A DNA stretch of 64,000 bases from a virus: IMG/VR virus record IMGVR_UViG_3300013286_000501, positions 1 through 64,000 of that record; one strand, written 5' to 3'. Below, piece after piece: positions 1 to 5,678 of the stretch (position 1 is its first letter; every line of letters starts with the position of its first letter). The translations under genes and the position numbers were made by a program. The notes beneath the pieces were generated by a model. That model worked only from the letters and a program-made list of their open reading frames with translations, was not told where the DNA came from and did no database searches.

Positions 1-58
1 CTCGAACCACTAACACTCTCCGTATGAAGGAGGAAGACTACCATTGTCCTACAGTACC
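1..58 (-). tRNA. tRNA with CAT anticodon (Met or Ile2), 3' part beyond window edge
   Basis: GGTACTG-TA-GGAC..GTCT, anticodon loop TTCATAC, T-loop GGTTCGAG truncated at position 1. Confidence 0.8.
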
Positions 59-64
59 ATATAG

Positions 65-195
65 AAGACAACTGCGAAAACAATGTTGCTGGCACGGCGT
101 TGGTCGCGAAAACCTTTCCTTTCTACTTGGCATTGTTAACTGCCAGTTACTAGACTACAAGGGCCCTTGTGCCTGTGTTCACTGTCAATTGTCTT
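65..195 (-). ncRNA. candidate structured ncRNA between tRNA genes
   Basis: Nested helices AAGACAATTG/CAGTTGTCTT, ACAGTG/CATTGT, GGCAC/GTGCC plus internal hairpins ACAAGGGCCCTTGT and TGGCA..TGCCA. Confidence 0.5.
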
Positions 196-200
196 TTATA

Positions 201-277
201 TGGTGGATTGCCAGGGAATCGAACCCTGAGTCTTACTCCTTAAAAGGGAGATGTTTTAACCGTTAAACTAGCAATCC
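201..277 (-). tRNA. tRNA-Lys(TTT)
   Basis: Cloverleaf GGATTGC/GCAATCC, loop CTTTTAA, TTCGA, encoded CCA. Confidence 0.95.
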
Positions 278-282
278 CGTAT

Positions 283-357
283 TGGTCCCTCCGGGCAGAC
301 TTGAACTGCCAACCAGCGGATTAAGAGTCCGTTGCGCTACCATTGCGCCACAAAGGG
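283..357 (-). tRNA. tRNA-Lys(CTT)
   Basis: Cloverleaf, loop CTCTTAA, encoded CCA. Confidence 0.93.
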
Positions 358-418
358 TTAGTTGTATTAAATTGATTTAATGTGCCAACCCTAGACCAAT
401 ACGGGATCTAGAGCGACA

Positions 419-439
419 CTAACGTTTAGCACGTTTCAT
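419..439 (-). CDS. putative 6-aa leader peptide MKRAKR
   Basis: GAGG SD 7 nt before ATG AAA CGT GCT AAA CGT TAG; own promoter upstream; strong hairpin immediately downstream. Confidence 0.5.
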   Translation of the reverse strand: MKRAKR

Positions 440-468
440 ATCGTTTCCTCTTTTGTGTTTAAGTTTAA

Positions 469-497
469 AGTATACAACCTTTTGCAGTAGTTGTCAA
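469..497 (-). promoter_or_regulatory. sigma70-type promoter
   Basis: TTGACA-17nt-TATACT. Confidence 0.8.
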
Positions 498-506
498 CTG
501 TTTTTT

Positions 507-582
507 TGGTACCAAGAGTCGGAATCGAACCGACCACACCCTATTCTTCAGACAGGTGCTCTACCAACTGAGCTATCTTGGC
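507..582 (-). tRNA. tRNA-Phe(GAA)
   Basis: Cloverleaf, loop CTGAAGA (G37), encoded CCA. Confidence 0.95.
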
Positions 583-588
583 ATTGAT

Positions 589-662
589 TGGGGTGAAAGC
601 GGGAATCGAACCCTGGTCAACTGATTCACAGTCAGCTATGTTACCACTACACTACTAACACC
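589..662 (-). tRNA. tRNA-His(GTG)
   Basis: G-1:C73, loop CTGTGAA, CCA; two mismatches in acceptor stem. Confidence 0.88.
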
Positions 663-674
663 ATAAATAAGTGC

Positions 675-1415
675 ATGAATAATATTCCTTTCCTACAGAA
701 AGTTGATAATCTAGGACAATGGGACATTCCTAAAGTTATCAATGATATCCGAAATTTATTTCAGTTATCTGGTTGTAACTGGGATACATGGCAAAGAAAT
801 AACAAATTAACACATGGTCAGTTTGTAGATTCAAAGTTACACGATAACCAAGGTTACTTAAACCTAACATACAATCCTGGATTGTCAAACTCTATTGAAG
901 ATCGTCTATGGTCATTTTCCGGAAGAAAGTTCCAAGAACGAAATGATGTAGCAGACGGTGATCTCCATACTCTGCAACCTGAACTAGCAGGAACATATAT
1001 TGAAGAGCTGTTTAAAAAACTAACACAAGAGCTAGGTCCTGTTCGGCTTCGTTTACATAACAAAGCGGATCAAAAAGGATTATATTGGCATCGAGATGAA
1101 TGGGACGATGTCTCACAATATCGATATCATTTAACCTTATGGACTAATCCTGGACATTTTATAGTCTGGACTAAAGATGAATTTACTTGGCAATATGGAT
1201 TTGATCCCAGAGAAACCAAGAAAGACATAAAAATCAATGCAGAATATATGCCAGTGAATGGCAATATATTTCAAATGGCTACCGGAGTATATCTCCATGG
1301 AGTATCTAGTATTGCAATAGGATGGAACGCTTCTCATCAAATGCAGAGTAGATGTCATCTTGTAGCAATACCTATGGTACCAAATAATAGGCATTTTGAA
1401 TATACTTACAAATAA
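675..1415 (+). CDS. putative Fe(II)/2OG-dependent oxygenase (aspartyl-hydroxylase-like cupin)
   Basis: WHRD (HxD) .. RYHL .. LHG .. RCHLV motif order; TAAATA 5 nt upstream. Confidence 0.55.
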   Translation: MNNIPFLQKVDNLGQWDIPKVINDIRNLFQLSGCNWDTWQRNNKLTHGQFVDSKLHDNQGYLNLTYNPGLSNSIEDRLWSFSGRKFQERNDVADGDLHTLQPELAGTYIEELFKKLTQELGPVRLRLHNKADQKGLYWHRDEWDDVSQYRYHLTLWTNPGHFIVWTKDEFTWQYGFDPRETKKDIKINAEYMPVNGNIFQMATGVYLHGVSSIAIGWNASHQMQSRCHLVAIPMVPNNRHFEYTYK

Positions 1416-1416
1416 G

Positions 1417-1494
1417 TGGCAGGGGTAATCGGATTCGAACCGATGATACTAATTTCAAAGACTAGTGCTTTAGGCCAAACTAAGCTATACCCCA
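1417..1494 (-). tRNA. tRNA-Gln(TTG)
   Basis: Cloverleaf, loop CTTTGAA, G73-CCA. Confidence 0.93.
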
Positions 1495-1504
1495 ACAAAT
1501 AAAA

Positions 1505-1561
1505 CAGGATGCTTATTTTTGAATTAAAAGTTCAATTGTATAAGTTGCTGAACGCATCCTA
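1505..1561 (-). ncRNA. mini-RNA motif copy 1 (AGGATGC-GTTCAGCAA..GCATCCT) carrying a tRNA-Lys-like anticodon stem-loop
   Basis: Terminal stem AGGATGC/GCATCCT; internal TTGAA-CTTTTAA-TTCAA; homologous copy at 1824-1885. Confidence 0.6.
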
Positions 1562-1566
1562 AAAAC

Positions 1567-1649
1567 TGGTGCTGCCTATAGGAATTGAACCTATGTTCTC
1601 TTTCGAGCCGCCTTATCAAGACGGTGCCTAACCATTCGGCCAAAGCAGC
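1567..1649 (-). tRNA. tRNA-Ile(GAT) with atypical long variable arm
   Basis: GCTGCTT/AGGCAGC, loop TTGATAA, variable arm CTC-GAAA-GAG, CCA. Confidence 0.88.
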
Positions 1650-1656
1650 ATTATAT

Positions 1657-1731
1657 TGGTACCGCCAAAAGGAATCAAACCTCTATTCCCACGTTCGTAG
1701 CGTAGTGTATTATTCATTATACTATGGCGAT
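1657..1731 (-). tRNA. tRNA-Arg(ACG), divergent D/T loops
   Basis: Loop CTACGAA; D-loop lacks GG; T-loop TTTGATT; CCA. Confidence 0.8.
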
Positions 1732-1736
1732 AAAAT

Positions 1737-1814
1737 TGGAAGTGCGGGCCAGATTTGAACTGGCGGTTTTACTGGTTTGCAATCAGTTGCCTTGGACCAC
1801 TCGGCCACCGCACT
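1737..1814 (-). tRNA. tRNA-Cys(GCA)
   Basis: Loop TTGCAAA, U73-CCA. Confidence 0.93.
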
Positions 1815-1823
1815 ATAATAAAA

Positions 1824-1885
1824 CAGGATCAACTTTTTAGTTTCTGGATAAAAGAAAGTTGTTTAAGTTTGCTGAACTGATCCTA
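1824..1885 (-). ncRNA. mini-RNA motif copy 2 (AGGATCA-GTTCAGCAA..TGATCCT)
   Basis: Same terminal stem with compensatory changes, same GTTCAGCAA core, internal hairpin TTTCT-TTTATCC-AGAAA. Confidence 0.6.
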
Positions 1886-1889
1886 AAAC

Positions 1890-1965
1890 TGGTCTCTCCT
1901 GTGGGACTCGAACCCACGAAATCCTCGCCCCAAACGAGGTGGCATAGCCGCTAACCGAAAGAGAG
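1890..1965 (-). tRNA. tRNA-Pro(TGG)
   Basis: C1, loop TTTGGGG, A73-CCA. Confidence 0.93.
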
Positions 1966-1972
1966 ATAAAAT

Positions 1973-2047
1973 TGGCATCCCCTGTTCGATTTGAACGAAC
2001 CCCGGTGATTTTGGAGATCACTGTGCTGCCGCTGACACTAAGGAGAT
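1973..2047 (-). tRNA. tRNA-Trp(CCA)
   Basis: Loop CTCCAAA, G73-CCA. Confidence 0.93.
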
Positions 2048-2053
2048 ATAAAT

Positions 2054-2143
2054 TGGTGGAAACGGTGAGATTCGAACTCACGGACCCCTTTCGGAGTCGA
2101 CTCCTTAGCAAGGAGCTGCCTTCGGCCACTCGGCCACGTTTCC
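2054..2143 (-). tRNA. tRNA-Ser(GCT)
   Basis: Loop TTGCTAA, long variable arm, CCA (A73). Confidence 0.93.
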
Positions 2144-2149
2144 TAAAAC

Positions 2150-2261
2150 TGTTACGACTGGTAGGTCTTGAACCTACAAAGGCTATGACTATGTCTTCGC
2201 CCCGTCCCCTGTCTATGCTATGAGCATAGCGGGAGGTCTTCCATATTCCACTCACAGTCGC
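2150..2261 (-). ncRNA. oversized tRNA-like RNA (about 110 nt)
   Basis: Acceptor-like GCGACTG/CAGTCGT, T-arm GTAGG-TTCAAGA-CCTAC, extended anticodon arm tipped by CTATG-CTCATAG-CATAG; ends AACA, not ACCA. Confidence 0.7.
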
Positions 2262-2268
2262 ATATATA

Positions 2269-2296
2269 ATTATACACGAGTTAAGTAGAATGTCAA
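2269..2296 (-). promoter_or_regulatory. sigma70-type promoter internal to tRNA array
   Basis: TTGACA-16nt-TATAAT. Confidence 0.75.
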
Positions 2297-2302
2297 GTTA
2301 TT

Positions 2303-2397
2303 TGGTGGAAAGCGGAGGAGTCGAACCCCACCCTGTTCTTCACAAGGACCCAGTTTTCAAGACTGGTCGGGGAACCAACTCCCCTGCATCACTTTCC
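2303..2397 (-). tRNA. tRNA-Ser(TGA) with 8/4, Sec-like cloverleaf
   Basis: 8-bp acceptor GGAAAGTG/CGCTTTCC, 4-bp T stem, 6-bp D stem with 4-nt loop, loop CTTGAAA, long variable arm, CCA. Confidence 0.85.
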
Positions 2398-2403
2398 ATT
2401 ATT

Positions 2404-2478
2404 TGGCGACTCGACGGGGAATCGAACTCCGATAATCGGATAGACAATCCGAAGTAATGACCTTTATACGATCGAGCC
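2404..2478 (-). tRNA. tRNA-Asp(GTC)
   Basis: Loop TTGTCTA (U37), G73-CCA. Confidence 0.92.
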
Positions 2479-2484
2479 TAAAAT

Positions 2485-2560
2485 TGGCGCCGTCGACGGG
2501 AATCGAACCCGCCTAAATCTGATAGACAATCAGGTGCCCTACCCAGAGGACTACAACGGC
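2485..2560 (-). tRNA. tRNA-Asp(GTC)
   Basis: Loop TTGTCTA (U37), G73-CCA. Confidence 0.92.
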
Positions 2561-2564
2561 AAAT

Positions 2565-2640
2565 TGGTATCGCGGACGGGAATCGAACCCGCCTAGCCAC
2601 CTTGAAAGGGTAGTGACCTAGCCCAGAAGTCAACCGCGAT
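2565..2640 (-). tRNA. tRNA-Glu(TTC)
   Basis: Loop CTTTCAA, CCA. Confidence 0.93.
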
Positions 2641-2646
2641 GTAATT

Positions 2647-2736
2647 TGGTGGATCATGAAGGAATTGAACCTAACTGCCAGCCACCCAACAATATTATGG
2701 CAACGATTTTACAGACCGCCGTTGGGAACATGATCC
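2647..2736 (-). ncRNA. D-armless tRNA-Tyr(GTA)-like RNA
   Basis: 8-bp acceptor GGATCATG/CATGATCC-ACCA, loop CTGTAAA, 3-bp T stem with TTCAATT, no D arm. Confidence 0.75.
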
Positions 2737-2975
2737 AAAACACACTCTAGCAGTTTATCTTTCTGCCTCTCTGTACTATGTACTCGGAACGAATGTGTGT
2801 ATTAAAATGCTCTACCGCTATGCGTTTAGACACCGTCGTAAGGTGAATGAAGAACACTTTAATACGATCTAATTTTTAGTCCCACAAGAGGGATTCCATC
2901 CTAGTCGCCGCCCGTTTGCTAGATGTTTATACTGCCTAGCGAGGACCTCGTTTCCTCATAACACAGTTTGCGATG

Positions 2976-3128
2976 TTAACGACCTCCGCAGAGTATCTCT
3001 CGCTTTCTCATAGCTTCATAACTTTGAGCAGCTCTTGCTAACTTGTTCTCGAACAACTGTTTAAGTTGTTCGGGGGTTAGAGTGTGCTGTTTAAGCCAAT
3101 TCACTTCTTTGATCTTTTTATCGTCCAT
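2976..3128 (-). CDS. small hypothetical protein (50 aa, MDDKKIKEVNWLKQHTLT..)
   Basis: Hand-translated ORF directly downstream of the attenuator terminator. Confidence 0.5.
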   Translation of the reverse strand: MDDKKIKEVNWLKQHTLTPEQLKQLFENKLARAAQSYEAMRKREILCGGR

Positions 3129-3140
3129 TTTCTTAATCGG

Positions 3141-3175
3141 AAAACAAAAAACCCCAGGGTTCTTAATCCTGGGGT
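3141..3175 (-). terminator. intrinsic terminator of putative attenuator
   Basis: ACCCCAGG-ATTAAGAAC-CCTGGGGT followed by TTTTTGTTTT. Confidence 0.85.
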
Positions 3176-3200
3176 CCTTGGAAGTTAAAATGTAATCTAG

Positions 3201-3344
3201 TTACACTTTGGTCTCCTGGGACCCCGAGTTAATCTCCGGTGTGCGATCATAACTTGACAGACTATTAATCGCTAACCAGCCGGCGGACATGCATCCAACC
3301 TGTTTGGCTATCGTATTAAAATGTTGTCTTTGTTGCGATTGCAT
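3201..3344 (-). CDS. putative attenuator leader peptide (47 aa, contains all 20 amino acids)
   Basis: MQSQQRQHFNTIAKQVGCMSAGWLAINSLSSYDRTPEINSGSQETKV; lies between promoter and terminator; 3' end carries antiterminator GGGGTCC. Confidence 0.7.
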   Translation of the reverse strand: MQSQQRQHFNTIAKQVGCMSAGWLAINSLSSYDRTPEINSGSQETKV

Positions 3345-3402
3345 TTTGTTTTCTCTTTAAACCTTTGTTTACATCGACAGCACCATTGCTGTCTATGTGT
3401 TA

Positions 3403-3431
3403 ATTATACATTTATTTAGTCTCGTTGTCAA
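3403..3431 (-). promoter_or_regulatory. consensus sigma70 promoter of tRNA array
   Basis: TTGACA-17nt-TATAAT; spacer also contains CTAAATA late-type motif. Confidence 0.85.
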
Positions 3432-3524
3432 CCACTTTTTGCAATTTTGGCAAAATATTTTAAAGTATTTTGTCTAGTTGCCTACAATGCTTGCTAACTT
3501 AACTCCATTGTACAGGTATTTACC

Positions 3525-4397
3525 TCACCTGTCAACCACTATTTGCAAATTTGGAAACATTGTTTTTGTAACTAATTCTGTTACATTTTTTGTTACCAGC
3601 TGTTTTCTAGCAGTCCACCAATTGTAACACCTATTTCTCAACTGGTCAAGTCCCACAGGATCTTGTATGTATTGATGTACTAGCGTAGGAACCAATGCCC
3701 AGTTGTCAATCTGTATAGCAGGAAAATCTAAACCATGCATGTTTGCCCAATAGTCACTGCGCTCAACTATAGGGATACATCCTGCTTCTAGAGCTTCTGT
3801 TACACGGAAGTTATCCATGATGATAGCACCACGAGGACAAGGAACAAACATACTGTCCCTATACATTTTGCTCATTTCGGCAGGAGTTAGTCTAGGACCA
3901 TGATGCCCTGCAACATATAAATTACCATTAGGTATAGAACTCATAGCCTGTGCCATGTTATTCCTATTTTGATCCCATCGTGCTCCCACGCAGGCCCATA
4001 TAAACTTACGTTGATCGGCTGGTGGATTTTCAGTATGTGCAGTGAATCCCGTATTGTAACCTAGCGGAATGTGCATGACATTATTGGGCACTGAATTGCG
4101 GTAGTAGTTTCTTAATACAAACTTGCAATCTTTGTAACTAGAAATGTCGTCAGCAGTAGATTCATCTGTTAAATGCACCATGCCAAAGTTTAAACCACGA
4201 CGAGTCATTTCTGCAACATATTCATTATGATACGGTGCCCAGCAAATTGCATCAACAATTACACTGTTGTCAATAAACTGTGTGTGATCTAGATTTTCAA
4301 CTGTGCGATGTGGAATATCTTGGAACAAGTATTCAACCCATTCATCTTCCCAAACACTACTTCTAGCACGTTGCCAAACAATTGTAAGTTCTTGCAT
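3525..4397 (-). CDS. exostosin/GT47-like glycosyltransferase
   Basis: SMFVPCPRG..FRVTEALEAGCIPI motif; start re-assigned to MQELT. Confidence 0.7.
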   Translation of the reverse strand: MQELTIVWQRARSSVWEDEWVEYLFQDIPHRTVENLDHTQFIDNSVIVDAICWAPYHNEYVAEMTRRGLNFGMVHLTDESTADDISSYKDCKFVLRNYYRNSVPNNVMHIPLGYNTGFTAHTENPPADQRKFIWACVGARWDQNRNNMAQAMSSIPNGNLYVAGHHGPRLTPAEMSKMYRDSMFVPCPRGAIIMDNFRVTEALEAGCIPIVERSDYWANMHGLDFPAIQIDNWALVPTLVHQYIQDPVGLDQLRNRCYNWWTARKQLVTKNVTELVTKTMFPNLQIVVDR

Positions 4398-4398
4398 G

Positions 4399-4947
4399 TT
4401 AATCTTTCTGAAATGCCCAAGTAACACCGTCAACTATCTGTGCATCTGGAACTAGTTCTTGAACAGCTTGCATAACACCGGGCCATGTGTGGTGATAATC
4501 GTCACCAGATAGTATACCACCGGATTTAACTTTTGGCATCCACGCTAGAATATCTGCCTTTACATCTTTGTATTCGTGGCTAGCATCTAACATGACAAAG
4601 TCTAGACTGTTGTCTTCGTATGAAGCTGCCGCTTCCAAACTGGTCATGCGTTTAGGATTATAATATCCTTCAACTGATTTCATATTGTCGATGAAATGAT
4701 TATATAGTTGGTCTTGTTGAACCATTTCGTCATTCTGATGTTCTAGAGATCCCGCCCATGTATCAACAACATCGAATTTAATATTCTTACCGCTGTTGGC
4801 AATTGCCACAGCAAGGTAAGAAGTGCTCTTGCCTTTCCATGCCCCTACTTCAACAAAGTGGTCGCCTTCATCTGCATTTTCTACAGCATAGGTGTAGATT
4901 GAGATGTAGTTAAACCATCCCTCGATTGTGTGATAAAAGTGATCCAT
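4399..4947 (-). CDS. class I SAM-dependent methyltransferase (Methyltransf_24-like)
   Basis: VEVGAWKGKS, LDASHEY, GDDY motifs. Confidence 0.85.
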   Translation of the reverse strand: MDHFYHTIEGWFNYISIYTYAVENADEGDHFVEVGAWKGKSTSYLAVAIANSGKNIKFDVVDTWAGSLEHQNDEMVQQDQLYNHFIDNMKSVEGYYNPKRMTSLEAAASYEDNSLDFVMLDASHEYKDVKADILAWMPKVKSGGILSGDDYHHTWPGVMQAVQELVPDAQIVDGVTWAFQKD

Positions 4948-5029
4948 TATATTTTTCCTTTTATTTTATGTATAAGATTTCTTAATAATTCTTCAGTTGG
5001 TGCAGAACACAGATCATGTGTGATTGTTT

Positions 5030-5113
5030 TTACTGTTTCAACAGGTATTCGACCCATTCATCTTCCCAGACACTATCTCTAGCACGTTGCCAAACTAAAG
5101 TTAATTCACTCAT
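5030..5113 (-). pseudogene. truncated paralog of the GT47-like gene (27 aa remnant)
   Basis: MSELTLVWQRARDSVWEDEWVEYL matches N-terminus MQELTIVWQRARSSVWEDEWVEYL of 3525-4397. Confidence 0.75.
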
Positions 5114-5661
5114 GGTTTTTTATAAATCCAGCAGCCATTTTCAATTTGGCAACCCGGAAATTGTTCGTCAGCGGCTTTCATTACTCCGGGAAAGTCTCTT
5201 TGATAGTCGTCCCCTGCTAGAACTCCGCCGGACTTAACTTTAGGTAACCAAGCCAAAATATCTGCTTTAACATTTTCATAATCATGGCTAGCATCCAATA
5301 GAACCATATCTAAGCTGTTATCTGCATATTCAGCGGCAGCTTCTAAACTAGTGGTTCTTTTTGGTGTATAATACCCTTCGACAGGTTTCATATTACTTAG
5401 AAAGTGTTCGTATAATGTATCAGCAATAACCATAGGATCAGTACAATGATACACTTCATCCGAACCACGCCATGTATCTACTACATCAAATTTAATTTGT
5501 TTGCCACTGTTAACAATTGTTGTAGCTAGATATGCTGAACTTTTACCTTTCCATGCACCAACTTCAACAAAGTGAGATCCGTCAACTGCTTCTGCAACTG
5601 CTCTGTTGTAGATATTGTGGAACTGAAACCAGCCCTCAATTGTTTCAAAAAAATGATCCAT
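5110..5661 (-). CDS. class I SAM-dependent methyltransferase, paralog of 4399-4947
   Basis: Same motifs; clearly high identity to neighbour. Confidence 0.85.
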   Translation of the reverse strand: MDHFFETIEGWFQFHNIYNRAVAEAVDGSHFVEVGAWKGKSSAYLATTIVNSGKQIKFDVVDTWRGSDEVYHCTDPMVIADTLYEHFLSNMKPVEGYYTPKRTTSLEAAAEYADNSLDMVLLDASHDYENVKADILAWLPKVKSGGVLAGDDYQRDFPGVMKAADEQFPGCQIENGCWIYKKP

Positions 5662-5678
5662 TATATTTTTCCTTTATG

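Noticed and set aside
1-58. Opal suppressor (UCA) tRNA or genetic-code reassignment
   Set aside because: The 7-nt loop TTCATAC places CAT at 34-36, and genes translate full-length with the standard code
24-2255. ORFs 24-266, 1863-2255 and 1972-2223
   Set aside because: They overlap clear tRNA genes and are spurious translations
2303-2397. tRNA-Sec (selC)
   Set aside because: The body is Sec-like but the anticodon is TGA (Ser), not TCA
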